Both the position numbers and the translations under genes were made by a program. The notes under the pieces are model-generated. The model did no database searches. It was not told where the DNA came from and saw only the letters and a program-made list of their open reading frames with translations. From Gammaproteobacteria bacterium (lineage in GTDB: Bacteria > Pseudomonadota > Gammaproteobacteria > Immundisolibacterales > Immundisolibacteraceae), in contig QNFC01000001.1 in the NCBI GenBank assembly GCA_003645395.1, positions 1 through 38,875 of the forward strand: a DNA stretch of 38,875 nt. The letters are read 5' to 3'. Positions 29,459-38,750 of this stretch are shown here, piece by piece. Each line of letters begins with the position of its first letter. The stretch's first letter is position 1.

Positions 29459-30220
29459 ATGATGCTAAAAAACAGAAAAATTGTCGGGCTAGTCATCGCA
29501 ATGATGGTTTCCTGGTCTGGCTATGCCGAGAGCGCTGCACTATATGTGGTCGAGGTTATCGCATTTACCCATTACAACTCAGCCACTGGTGAAGAGTTGT
29601 GGCCACCCCACGAAACAACTCACCGAGCTGCAAATGTACAGGAGCTATCCACCAGTCAGGGACGCACTGAATTTACTGCCCTGGCAGCCCAGAATTTGCG
29701 GTTGAGCAACGTTGTGTCCGCATTGCAGCGTAAGCATCTGGCTGGGCGCATTTTAGTGCATACCGGCTGGATACAAACAATGAAGCCTGCCAACAATATT
29801 GCGCCAGTGTGGATTGAGGGCGGTACTCCACTACCTGCGGAAGTGACTTACTGGGGACCATCAGACAGAGAAGATCGCGAGGCAGTGGACGATCTCGCTG
29901 ATTCAACTGATCCGCTTACATCTGACCCCTGGCCATTAACGGACCAGATTGACTCAACCGTGTCTGTAGCGAACAATTTCGAACTGGAAGGCACTGTGGC
30001 ATTTTATCAAACGCGTTACCCCAGACTAGAAAGCAACCTTTGCCTGACCATTAAAACGTCCTCCACTAGCCAGTCAGCCCCTTATGTCGACGTCTGCAGC
30101 CGCGAAATCCGCGGGCTGAAATACGGTGAACTTATCTACTTTGACACCCCAGTGCTAGGTTTAATTGCCCAGGTGCGGCGCATCAAACAAACCTCAGCCA
30201 CTCCCGCCTCGGTTGAATAA
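29459..30220 (+). CDS. Exported protein, probably CsiV family (peptidoglycan-associated)
   Basis: 253 aa with a signal peptide (MMLKNRKIVGLVIAMMVSWSGYAES/AA). The N-terminal YVVEVIAF and C-terminal GELIYFDTPVLGLIAQV resemble the CsiV/DUF2803 hallmarks as I remember them. The family call is unverified. Confidence 0.55.
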   Translation: MMLKNRKIVGLVIAMMVSWSGYAESAALYVVEVIAFTHYNSATGEELWPPHETTHRAANVQELSTSQGRTEFTALAAQNLRLSNVVSALQRKHLAGRILVHTGWIQTMKPANNIAPVWIEGGTPLPAEVTYWGPSDREDREAVDDLADSTDPLTSDPWPLTDQIDSTVSVANNFELEGTVAFYQTRYPRLESNLCLTIKTSSTSQSAPYVDVCSREIRGLKYGELIYFDTPVLGLIAQVRRIKQTSATPASVE

Positions 30221-30227
30221 TTTCCTG

Positions 30228-31229
30228 TCAGCTGTTTTCTAGCTTCTGCAAGTATTCACCCACACCTGTTGGTACATCTTTAAACGACTTCTTATAACCG
30301 GCGTGCTTAAGCCGCTGCATATCCGCTTCAGTAAAGCTTTGATAACGCTGCTCCAAGCCGGCGGGGAAATCGATATAACGGATCAACCCTTTTTCGATTG
30401 CGCTATCCAGGCTAGACAACTCAGCTGACTGCCCGGCGGCAAAAAAATTCACTACCGCCAGGGCCACATCATTGAATGCACTCGCCTTGCCTGTCCCCAG
30501 GTTGAAAATTCCGGACAGCTCTGAGTTTTCCAGACAGTGCAAATTAACCGCTACAACGTCGTCAACGTGAATAAAATCCCGCCGCTGGCAACCATTCTCA
30601 TAACCATGACTACCTTTGAACAAGTTGAGATAACCCTGCGCAGTAAACTGATTAAAAAAATGGTACGCCACCGATGCCATGCGACCCTTATGCTGCTCGC
30701 CAGGCCCATAAACATTAAAGTAACGAAACCCAGTGACCTGGGCAGTAAAACTCGGCCGATGGCGGCGGACATACTGGTCAAACAGAAATTTTGAATAGCC
30801 GTAAACATTCAACGGCCCTTCATGAAAGCGCTCTTCGCTAAACACCTGCCCATCACCATAAACTGAAGCCGAAGACGCGTACATCATCGGCACGGCTGCC
30901 TGCTGGCAGGCGTGTAATACGGCTTTAGAATATTGATAATTATTGGCCATCATGTAGCGGCCATCAAGTTCCATCGTGTCTGAACAGGCACCCTGATGAA
31001 AAACAGCTGTTACGTTGTCGTTCAAAAACTCTGACTCAAGCAGGGGAATAAAGTCCTGCTTATCGATAAAATCGGCAACTTCACAATCAACCAAATTAGC
31101 GAATTTTTCTGAGTTATTACCCAGGTTATCCACCACTACCACGTTGCCGTAACCGCGTTGGTTAAGCCCCCGAACAATGTTGGAGCCAATAAAACCCGCG
31201 CCACCGGTGACGATAATTTTCTCTTCCAT
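30228..31229 (-). CDS. hldD: ADP-L-glycero-D-manno-heptose 6-epimerase
   Basis: The ATG at 31229 overlaps the hldA stop by 1 nt (TGATG). IIVTGGAGFIGSNIVRGLN Rossmann motif and YGYSK catalytic motif. Confidence 0.92.
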   Translation of the reverse strand: MEEKIIVTGGAGFIGSNIVRGLNQRGYGNVVVVDNLGNNSEKFANLVDCEVADFIDKQDFIPLLESEFLNDNVTAVFHQGACSDTMELDGRYMMANNYQYSKAVLHACQQAAVPMMYASSASVYGDGQVFSEERFHEGPLNVYGYSKFLFDQYVRRHRPSFTAQVTGFRYFNVYGPGEQHKGRMASVAYHFFNQFTAQGYLNLFKGSHGYENGCQRRDFIHVDDVVAVNLHCLENSELSGIFNLGTGKASAFNDVALAVVNFFAAGQSAELSSLDSAIEKGLIRYIDFPAGLEQRYQSFTEADMQRLKHAGYKKSFKDVPTGVGEYLQKLENS

Positions 31230-32182
31230 CAAGTTTCTATGCTCACATCACGAATTTCCGCCAAACTGGCCGTGGCCACCCCTAGTTTACCCACCACAAT
31301 ACCCGCTGCTGCGGTCGCCAGGTGAATCGCCTGATCATCCGTCAGCCCCGCACCGATCGCCACTGCCAACGCCGATATCACCGTGTCACCCGCACCTGAC
31401 ACATCAAATACCTCCCGAGCGTGGGTCGGTTGATGACTCGAAGCGCCCGCCTTACGGAACAGAGTCATACCCTCTTCGCTGCGAGTCAGCAACATTGCTT
31501 CCAGCTGCAACGCCTCTATTAGATCGGTAGCCAGGGCCTGCAGCTGCTCTTCGCTCTCCCATTCACCCCACGCTTCGATTAACTCTTTGCGATTAGGTGT
31601 TAGCAGCGTCGCCCCCTGGTAACGACTAAAATCCTTGCCTTTCGGATCCACCAGAATCGGAATATTCTGCGCCCTGGCCATCTGAATCATCTTATCTATG
31701 TGTAACAGCCCGCCTTTGCCGTAATCTGATAACACGACAATATCAGCTTGTTCCAGCCGCTGCTGATAATCATCCAGCACTTCCAGCAACACTTCATGGT
31801 CAGGAGATTGCTCAAAATCAAGCCTGATTAATTGTTGGTGTTGAGCGATCACTCTCAGTTTGATCGTCGTAGTGGCGGTCGCATCGACGCGGATTCCAGG
31901 ATTAACACCTTCACTTTTTAATAGTTGCTGGATCCGTTCACCGGCTTCATCAGCGCCCACCACTGATAGTAGATCCACCCCTGCCCCAAGTGCGACCAGG
32001 TTACGCGCCACGTTAGCGGCCCCCCCAAGCTGATCTTCGATAGTCGATACCGCAACTACCGGAACGGGCGCTTCCGGTGAGATGCGATCAACCCCACCGA
32101 ACCAATACCGATCGAGCATCACATCTCCCACTACCAGCACGCGCGGTGCGGCTTTGGACAGCTGATCAAGTAATTTAAGCAA
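31229..32182 (-). CDS. hldA: D-beta-D-heptose 7-phosphate kinase (RfaE domain I only)
   Basis: 317 aa with a TTG start. PfkB-family sugar kinase (VLVVGDVMLDRYWFG...GGAANVA...DVSGAGDTV). It has no C-terminal cytidylyltransferase-like adenylyltransferase domain. Confidence 0.85.
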   Translation of the reverse strand: MLKLLDQLSKAAPRVLVVGDVMLDRYWFGGVDRISPEAPVPVVAVSTIEDQLGGAANVARNLVALGAGVDLLSVVGADEAGERIQQLLKSEGVNPGIRVDATATTTIKLRVIAQHQQLIRLDFEQSPDHEVLLEVLDDYQQRLEQADIVVLSDYGKGGLLHIDKMIQMARAQNIPILVDPKGKDFSRYQGATLLTPNRKELIEAWGEWESEEQLQALATDLIEALQLEAMLLTRSEEGMTLFRKAGASSHQPTHAREVFDVSGAGDTVISALAVAIGAGLTDDQAIHLATAAAGIVVGKLGVATASLAEIRDVSIET

Positions 32183-32206
32183 GTTCGTCTACCAATATTA
32201 TCTCCA

Positions 32207-32233
32207 TAAAAAAAGGACACCATAGGGTGTCCT
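32207..32233 (-). terminator. Rho-independent terminator after comEA
   Basis: The minus strand reads AAGGACACC-CTAT-GGTGTCCTT, a perfect 9-bp stem, followed by TTTTTTAT. It begins about 25 nt after the comEA stop. Confidence 0.8.
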
Positions 32234-32257
32234 TAATCTAAACCAATTTTGGTTAGT

Positions 32258-32539
32258 TTATTGCGGACCTGGATCGTGCTGAAACTCAATGTTTTCGCGA
32301 TTCTTTTCGACCGTTTTTTCACCTATACCCTTCACTTTTAACAAATCATCGGTCGACAGAAAAGGACCGTGCGTCTCGCGATATCTCACTATTTCTTCCG
32401 CTTTGGTCATGCCAATACCATCGAGCGCTATTGCAATTTGAGCGGCGTCTGCCGTATTTACATTGACCGGCTCCGCAAATAACAGTCCGGAACCAAGCAA
32501 GCTGACCAGGAACAACATGCGCTTCAACAATTTCACCAT
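32258..32539 (-). CDS. comEA: ComEA-family periplasmic DNA-binding protein (tandem helix-hairpin-helix)
   Basis: 93 aa. Signal peptide, then VNVNTADAAQIA..LDGIGMTKAEEIVRYRETHGPF...LLKVKGIGEKTVEKN. Confidence 0.85.
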   Translation of the reverse strand: MVKLLKRMLFLVSLLGSGLLFAEPVNVNTADAAQIAIALDGIGMTKAEEIVRYRETHGPFLSTDDLLKVKGIGEKTVEKNRENIEFQHDPGPQ

Positions 32540-32663
32540 TTTTCTCTCCAGATAATAATAATGTTATTAATAACGGACCTCAGCGTAAAGGCTTCCGCTG
32601 GTTGTTAACCTACCATTATCATCCCGATATTCATAGCGGTAACAAAGGCGCTAGAGAACAAAT

Positions 32664-33359
32664 TCAGGGCAGTTCTAACTCTCCCTGAATCGTTTGTATT
32701 ACCTGTCGAGGATCCTTCGCCTGGGTTATCGGCCTGCCGATAACCAGATAATCACTGCCAGCGGCCACTGCGGCAGCCGGTGTCATTACGCGCTGTTGGT
32801 CACCCAGGTCAGCACCATTGGGGCGGATACCTGGGGTTACCAACAAAAAATCCTCACCTAGACGACTGCGCAAAGCACGGGCTTCCTGCGCAGAGCAGAC
32901 CACACCGTCTAAACCCGACGACTGCGCTAAAACGGCAAACTTCGTCACCTGATCAGCTAGCTCACCCTGATAACCAATCTGCTCGTATTGACGTGCATCT
33001 ATACTGGTCAAGATTGTTACTCCAATCACCCGGGGACCACTGGACCCTACCGCTGCAACGGCAGCCTCAAGCATCGCCGGTCCCCCTGCAGCATGAACAT
33101 TAACCATCCACACGCCAAGGTCAGCCGCCGCGCGACAAGCATTAGCAACCGTGTTCGGAATATCGTGATATTTCAGGTCCAGAAAAATCTCGAACCCCAT
33201 ATCAGTCAATCGGCGAACTGCGTCGGGTCCCGCCGCCGTATAAAGTTGATGCCCCACTTTTAACCGGCAACTTTCTGGTTGAATTTTTTCCGCTAACCGA
33301 AGCGCAGCATCCAGAGACGCAAAATCCATTGCCACTATGAGCCGCTGATCACTCATCAA
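32664..33359 (-). CDS. pyrF: Orotidine-5'-phosphate decarboxylase
   Basis: 231 aa. LIVAMDF, FLDLKYHDIPNTV and LLVTPGIR motifs. Overlaps the lapB stop by 4 nt. Confidence 0.93.
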   Translation of the reverse strand: MMSDQRLIVAMDFASLDAALRLAEKIQPESCRLKVGHQLYTAAGPDAVRRLTDMGFEIFLDLKYHDIPNTVANACRAAADLGVWMVNVHAAGGPAMLEAAVAAVGSSGPRVIGVTILTSIDARQYEQIGYQGELADQVTKFAVLAQSSGLDGVVCSAQEARALRSRLGEDFLLVTPGIRPNGADLGDQQRVMTPAAAVAAGSDYLVIGRPITQAKDPRQVIQTIQGELELP

Positions 33360-34522
33360 CTGGCCTCCTGATAATCAAGACTGTCCCAGGCACCACAGCC
33401 TGGGCAGCACCAATGACGCTCTTTGGCTTCAAATCCACAATGATTACACCGATTCTCTATGGAAGCGCTGGCTAACCCAACAACCAGTTCATCAGCAAGC
33501 TCAGCCACCTGGTGCCCACCTGCAAGCGGGTCACCCAAGTTTATTAAGGTAAGAATCTTCGCGCTCAGTAGCGGTGCCGAAAAACGATCCGCATGCTCCT
33601 CAAGCAAAGCAAGTGCCGCCTCTTTTCCCTGTTGAGCTTGAACGATATCAGCGATCCGGCAGACCAGGTGCAACCCTGAGCGAGAATCAGCAGCCATATC
33701 TTTTAGGCGTGCTAGAAACAAGCTCTCGAGGCCCAATTCACCATAGCAAGCTTCAAGATCGTCAAGAATATGCGTCCGGAACTCGGGGCAATGACTGATT
33801 ATTTCTTCCAACCAACGCAGAGCCGACTTGTATTTTCCTCTTAACTGCGCCAGTTTGAACTGCAACAACAAATAACGGGCTGAGTGCCGGGTCAACCCTT
33901 TGGCATGCCGCAACATCTTCGCCGCACCGCGCAGATCATTAGTGGTAATCGCCTGTTCGGCAAGCTCTGCATAAAAATGGCCAATCAATTGATTCTGTTT
34001 AGCAGACCCTTTAAGTGATGCTTTGCGCGCCACGTCGATGGCCTTCAACCACTCTTTTTCGTACTGATAGATTTCAAGCAGATTTTCAAGTGCATTATCA
34101 CGATGGGAACCCGTTTCAAGCGCCAGCTGCTCGAATAGAACAACCGCTCTGTCATTAATGCCAGCCTGTTTGTAGTCGAGCCCTAAATTCATTAATGCCT
34201 GCATACGCTGAGACTTTGACAGAGTTGGACGAGCAATAAGGTTTTGGTGGATGCGAATTGCCCGTTCCACCTCTCCCTGGTTGCGAAACAACGTCCCCAA
34301 TGCCAGGTGGGTTTCTACCGCTTCACTATCCACCTCAACCATCGACACCAGCACATCAATGGCGCGGTCAGGCTGTTCGTTAAGTAGATAGTTCAGCCCC
34401 TCAACGTAGCCTGTGGACAACCCATTTTTCTGCTGGAACAGTTTGTGGCTCACGGAGTGGCGACCCAACAACCAACCGATTCCAAGCGCTGCGAGCAAAA
34501 TCAGCCACAACCAATCAACCAT
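33356..34522 (-). CDS. lapB: LPS assembly protein LapB (YciM): N-terminal TM, TPR repeats and a C-terminal rubredoxin-like zinc site
   Basis: 388 aa. N-terminal anchor, TPR repeats, and a C-terminal CNHCGFEAKERHWCCPGCGAWDS. Conserved lapA-lapB-pyrF order. Confidence 0.9.
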   Translation of the reverse strand: MVDWLWLILLAALGIGWLLGRHSVSHKLFQQKNGLSTGYVEGLNYLLNEQPDRAIDVLVSMVEVDSEAVETHLALGTLFRNQGEVERAIRIHQNLIARPTLSKSQRMQALMNLGLDYKQAGINDRAVVLFEQLALETGSHRDNALENLLEIYQYEKEWLKAIDVARKASLKGSAKQNQLIGHFYAELAEQAITTNDLRGAAKMLRHAKGLTRHSARYLLLQFKLAQLRGKYKSALRWLEEIISHCPEFRTHILDDLEACYGELGLESLFLARLKDMAADSRSGLHLVCRIADIVQAQQGKEAALALLEEHADRFSAPLLSAKILTLINLGDPLAGGHQVAELADELVVGLASASIENRCNHCGFEAKERHWCCPGCGAWDSLDYQEAS

Positions 34523-34525
34523 GAA

Positions 34526-34816
34526 CTAGTGATTATCGCGCACGGGTAGTGCGCGTAAATTTTCGAGTTCTTTATCGAGCTTCTTCACCTGACGATCACT
34601 CTGTCGCAACTTAGCACGGTATTTTAGCGACACGGCAATACCTGCAAATGAACTGAGTAAAACGCCAATCACAAGAGCGATCAATAGCGCCACTGCCAGA
34701 GGCATTTGCCGACTACCCAAGTAGTAATCGACATCCACGGGGGCGGTATTAGCGCTGGTAAAAAGCACACCAACCAAAAATACCGCTAGCAACAATAGGT
34801 TCACTAATATTCGCAT
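34526..34816 (-). CDS. lapA: LPS assembly protein LapA (YciS)
   Basis: 96 aa with two TM helices and a basic C-terminal tail. It lies immediately upstream of lapB with a 3-nt gap. Confidence 0.8.
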   Translation of the reverse strand: MRILVNLLLLAVFLVGVLFTSANTAPVDVDYYLGSRQMPLAVALLIALVIGVLLSSFAGIAVSLKYRAKLRQSDRQVKKLDKELENLRALPVRDNH

Positions 34817-34868
34817 CGAATGAAATCAACCTGAATTAAAAACCAATAGAAATGGATAAGACATTAAC

Positions 34869-34907
34869 GAAAAAGCGGCGTAATGTGAACATTATGCCGC
34901 TTTTTTT
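34869..34907 (-). terminator. Rho-independent terminator after rpsA, formally bidirectional
   Basis: GCGGC...GCCGC stem (34874-34878 and 34895-34899), extendable to about 11 bp. It is flanked by A5 on one side and T8 on the other, so either strand reads hairpin plus U-run. It lies 35 nt after the rpsA C-terminal fragment stop. Confidence 0.75.
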
Positions 34908-34941
34908 TATGGTTTTCAGATAATCAAAACAACCTGTTTAA

Positions 34942-35250
34942 CTAGTCATCACGCTTTTCCAGCTGCTGCTTTAACAACTCACCCAAATTGGTACTGCTGG
35001 GTGAACTGCTTTCCTGGTAGTCACTCAATGCTTCCGTTTCTTCCTGCTCTTCCTTAGCACGAATCGACAGCTTGAGATCCCGGCTACGATTGTCAACGCC
35101 AACAATTTTGACTTCAACCTCATCGTTGGGTCTCAATACCTTGGTCACGTCTTCAGTACGCTCACGAGATATATCCGCCGCTTTTAGCACTCCCTCAATA
35201 CCATCAGCAAGCGTAATTACTGCAATCCGAGCGTCGACTTCCTTGACCAC
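34942..35250 (-). CDS. rpsA: 30S ribosomal protein S1, C-terminal fragment (sixth S1 domain and acidic tail), in the -1 frame relative to the main ORF
   Basis: The track ORF reads [35 protein letters not shown]...[13 protein letters not shown]. It aligns with the last S1 motif of E. coli and Pseudomonas S1. This frame is open upstream to about 35322, so it overlaps the end of the N-terminal ORF. Confidence 0.85.
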   Translation of the reverse strand: MVKEVDARIAVITLADGIEGVLKAADISRERTEDVTKVLRPNDEVEVKIVGVDNRSRDLKLSIRAKEEQEETEALSDYQESSSPSSTNLGELLKQQLEKRDD

Positions 35251-36620
35251 ACCAGTAACGATTGAACCTTTTCCGCCAACACTACTAGATATTCCGCCAT
35301 CGGATCGCTCTCCAGATCCTTAATACTCAGAGAAATCCTTTCCCGGTTGGCATCCACAAGCTGCACGACCGCTTCTACTTCATCGCCTTTCTGGAAGTTA
35401 CGAATCGCATCTTCACCGGCAACATCCCAGGAGATATCAGATAGATGCACCAGACCATCGATATTTCCGGCCAGTTCCACAAAAACCCCGAAATCGGTGA
35501 TCGATTTGATCGCACCACTGATTTTGTCGCCTTTTTTATACAGTGCAGAAAACTCCTCCCATGGATTCACACGGCACTGTTTCATGCCCAGTGAAATCCG
35601 TCGACGTTCTTCGTCGATTTCAAGAATCATCACCTCGACCTGCTCGCCAATCTGCACAAGCTTGCCAGGTTGAACGTTACGGTTGGTCCAATCCATCTCG
35701 GACATATGAACCAGGCCTTCAACCCCTTCCTGCAGCTCAACAAAGCAACCGTAATCGGTGACATTGGTTACCGAACCGGCCAGTTTGGTCGCCACCGGAT
35801 AGCGGCTGCTGATATTCAGCCATGGATCATCGCCCAGCTGTTTTAACCCAAGGGATACTCGCACCCGCTCGCGATCAAATTTCAGAATTCGGATGTCAAT
35901 CTCGTCACCGACGTTAACTATTTCACTGGGGTGACGAACCCGACGCCAGGCCATATCGGTAATGTGCAGCAGTCCGTCCAGACCACCCAAATCAACAAAC
36001 GCGCCGTAATCGGTCAGGTTCTTAACGATACCCTTAACGACCTGTCCTTCCTCCAGGTTTTCCATCAACGCTTCGCGTATTTCTACCAACCCGGCTTCCA
36101 GTACTGCCCGTCGGGAAACCACTACGTTATTGCGCTTACGATCAAGCTTAATACACTTAAATTCGTGTTCTTTGCCTTCCAGGTGAGCCGTGTCACGCAC
36201 CGGACGCACATCGACCAATGAACCCGGCAAAAATGCCCGAATATCACCGATCATGACGGTGAAACCACCTTTAACCTTATCGGTCATCAAGCCGGTAATC
36301 GCCTCTTCTGCTTCAAAGGCTTTCTCCAGGCCAACCCACTGAGCTGCCAAACGAGCTTTCTCGCGAGATAAAATCGTCTCGCCGTAACCATCCTCTACCA
36401 GCTCAAGGGTGACATCTACGTCATCACCAACAGCAATCTCAAGTTCACGGTCTTCGCCAATGAATTCCCGGGTAGGAATCAGGCCTTCAGATTTCAATCC
36501 CGCATTGACCAGCACATAATCGTTGTCAATTTTAAGTACGCGGGCACTGATTAGGGCACCTGGCTTAAGTTCGGTGGCGGCCAGGCTCTCTTCAAGCATA
36601 TCGGCAAAGGATTCGGACAT
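35217..36620 (-). CDS. rpsA: 30S ribosomal protein S1, N-terminal 467 codons (S1 domains 1-5), ending prematurely after a frameshift
   Basis: True start is the ATG at 36620 ([13 protein letters not shown]...); the track ORF starts at 36704. It contains five S1 repeats. After ...[18 protein letters not shown] the frame yields non-homologous [22 protein letters not shown] and a stop. Confidence 0.9.
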   Translation of the reverse strand: MSESFADMLEESLAATELKPGALISARVLKIDNDYVLVNAGLKSEGLIPTREFIGEDRELEIAVGDDVDVTLELVEDGYGETILSREKARLAAQWVGLEKAFEAEEAITGLMTDKVKGGFTVMIGDIRAFLPGSLVDVRPVRDTAHLEGKEHEFKCIKLDRKRNNVVVSRRAVLEAGLVEIREALMENLEEGQVVKGIVKNLTDYGAFVDLGGLDGLLHITDMAWRRVRHPSEIVNVGDEIDIRILKFDRERVRVSLGLKQLGDDPWLNISSRYPVATKLAGSVTNVTDYGCFVELQEGVEGLVHMSEMDWTNRNVQPGKLVQIGEQVEVMILEIDEERRRISLGMKQCRVNPWEEFSALYKKGDKISGAIKSITDFGVFVELAGNIDGLVHLSDISWDVAGEDAIRNFQKGDEVEAVVQLVDANRERISLSIKDLESDPMAEYLVVLAEKVQSLLVWSRKSTLGLQ

Positions 36621-36733
36621 GGAATTTCCTACGAATATAAAAGTTAAGTAAATGAACCGTTCTGGACAGTCCCCAGCATCACCAGGCAACTCCCCACAAG
36701 TCAATAAACTGCGCTATTGCTCGCTGAACGGGC

Positions 36734-37417
36734 CTAAATAGCAGTGAACAATCGGCGCTCACCACACAGTTCAAGGATTTGATCCATCACCTGATCGACC
36801 GTCAGCGCGGTAGTATCGATAATAATCGCATCCTCGGCTGGGAACAGTGGCGAAACGCTCCGTTCTCGGTCGCGTTTGTCTCGGTCCTGTATCTCCAACA
36901 AAACGGCGCGAAGACTACCACTCAAACCATTATCTTTCAACTGTTTACAACGCCTACGCGCACGTTCCTCTGCGCTGGCATCGAGAAAGATTTTTAACCC
37001 CGCAGTGGGAAACACCACGGAGCCCATGTCTCGGCCTTCCGCTACCAGTCCGGGTGATTGCAAAAAGTGCCGTTGGCGATGCAACAACGCAGCGCGTACA
37101 GTCGGAACTGACGCCACTTTCGATGCCGCCGTACCTGTCGATTCGGTTACCAGCTCGTCACTAACATCCTCGCCGGCCAACATAACGCTGGCGCCCCCAT
37201 CATCAAGACGAAACTGAATTTGCAAACCTTCTGCCAACGCCGCTAGCGCCACATCGTCGTTAAAATCCAGACTGGACCGTTGAGCCTGAATTCCCAGCAC
37301 CCGATAGAGCGCACCACTATTTAGATAGTGCCAACCAGCTAATCGCGCCAGCCGCTGACTAACCGTGCCTTTGCCGACACCAGCGGGCCCGTCAATAGTA
37401 ATGCAGGGGACACTCAT
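36734..37417 (-). CDS. cmk: Cytidylate kinase
   Basis: 227 aa. ITIDGPAGVGKGTVSQRLA P-loop and SGALYR. Conserved aroA-cmk-rpsA order. The start lies 1 nt after the aroA stop. Confidence 0.93.
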   Translation of the reverse strand: MSVPCITIDGPAGVGKGTVSQRLARLAGWHYLNSGALYRVLGIQAQRSSLDFNDDVALAALAEGLQIQFRLDDGGASVMLAGEDVSDELVTESTGTAASKVASVPTVRAALLHRQRHFLQSPGLVAEGRDMGSVVFPTAGLKIFLDASAEERARRRCKQLKDNGLSGSLRAVLLEIQDRDKRDRERSVSPLFPAEDAIIIDTTALTVDQVMDQILELCGERRLFTAI

Positions 37418-37418
37418 G

Positions 37419-38750
37419 TCAGTCCCGGGGTCCGTAGTAAATATTCAACCCCAGCCCGAACATCAACGGCACAAAATCGGGGAAAGAAGTAACCACATTG
37501 TCACAATCAAAAATTTCGACAGGTCCATCAGCACGCAACGACGCGACTGCAAAGGCCATTGCCAGGCGATGATCGCCAGCCGCGTCTACCTGGCCGCCCC
37601 GCAGCTGGCCGCCATGAATCACCATGCCGTCCGGTCTTTCCTCTACCTGAATACCCAGCGCCCTTAGCCCGGCAACAGTGGTAGCAATACGGTCGCTTTC
37701 TTTAACCCGTAATTCCGCCGCATCAACGATCTCCGTAATCCCGGTGGCACACGCTGCAGCGACTGCCAGAGCCGGGATCTCATCAATCGCCACAGCCACG
37801 CGCTCCCCACCAATGCGCGTACCCCGTAACGCAGATCCGATTACGCGAAGGTCAGCAACTGGTTCCCCGCCTTCTTCACGCTGATTAATCAGCTCAATCT
37901 GAGCGCCCATTTGTCTGAGAATATGCACAACGCCATCGCGGGTTGGGTTAATGCCAACTTGCTCTAACACTAGTTCTGAGCCTGGGCTGATCAAGGCCGC
38001 TATTAGCGGGAAGGTTGCTGACGAAATATCCGCAGGCACGTGAATGTTGCAGCTGCTGAGTGAGCCACCGCCCTCGAGTGATACCTCGCTGCCTTGTTTA
38101 ACCACCTCATACCCAAATCCCCGCAACATCCGTTCGGTGTGATCACGGGTCGGCGCAGGTTCAGTGACTCGGGTAGTCCCCAGCGCGTACAGCCCGGCCA
38201 GCAGCAAACAGGATTTAACCTGTGCGCTGGCCATCGGTAATCGGTAATCAATACCTTGCAGGGAACGCACCGGTCTAAAATTTAGCGGCGGTAATTTGCC
38301 ACCTTGCTGATCAGATTCTGAATCGATACAAGCACCCATCAGCTCAAGCGGGTCAAGCACACGCCCCATGGGGCGGCGGCTCAACGAATGGTCGCCTACC
38401 AGGGTCGTCAAAAAAGGCTGGGCGGCAAGAATTCCTGTCATCAGCCGCATTCCAGTACCTGAATTACCCATGTCGAGCGGCGCAACCGGTGCCGATAATC
38501 CATGTAGACCCACGCCATGAATAATCAGCCGGTCATCAGCGGGGCGCTCAATCTGCACGCCTAACTGCTCAAACACAGCTAGCGTCGCCAACGTATCTGT
38601 ACCCGGTAAAAATCCGGTAACCTCCGTTACACCGTTGGCTAGCGCTCCGAGCATTACCGCCCGATGGGAAATAGATTTATCACCCGGCACTCGCGCTACG
38701 CCTCGAATCGGGCCACCACCACGCGCATCAAACCGACTCCGATCGGTCAT
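37419..38750 (-). CDS. aroA: 3-phosphoshikimate 1-carboxyvinyltransferase (EPSP synthase)
   Basis: 443 aa. VPGDKSISHRAVMLGALA, GNSGTGMRL and DHRLAMAFAVA motifs. Its ATG overlaps the stop of the upstream ORF (ATGA). Confidence 0.95.
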   Translation of the reverse strand: MTDRSRFDARGGGPIRGVARVPGDKSISHRAVMLGALANGVTEVTGFLPGTDTLATLAVFEQLGVQIERPADDRLIIHGVGLHGLSAPVAPLDMGNSGTGMRLMTGILAAQPFLTTLVGDHSLSRRPMGRVLDPLELMGACIDSESDQQGGKLPPLNFRPVRSLQGIDYRLPMASAQVKSCLLLAGLYALGTTRVTEPAPTRDHTERMLRGFGYEVVKQGSEVSLEGGGSLSSCNIHVPADISSATFPLIAALISPGSELVLEQVGINPTRDGVVHILRQMGAQIELINQREEGGEPVADLRVIGSALRGTRIGGERVAVAIDEIPALAVAAACATGITEIVDAAELRVKESDRIATTVAGLRALGIQVEERPDGMVIHGGQLRGGQVDAAGDHRLAMAFAVASLRADGPVEIFDCDNVVTSFPDFVPLMFGLGLNIYYGPRD

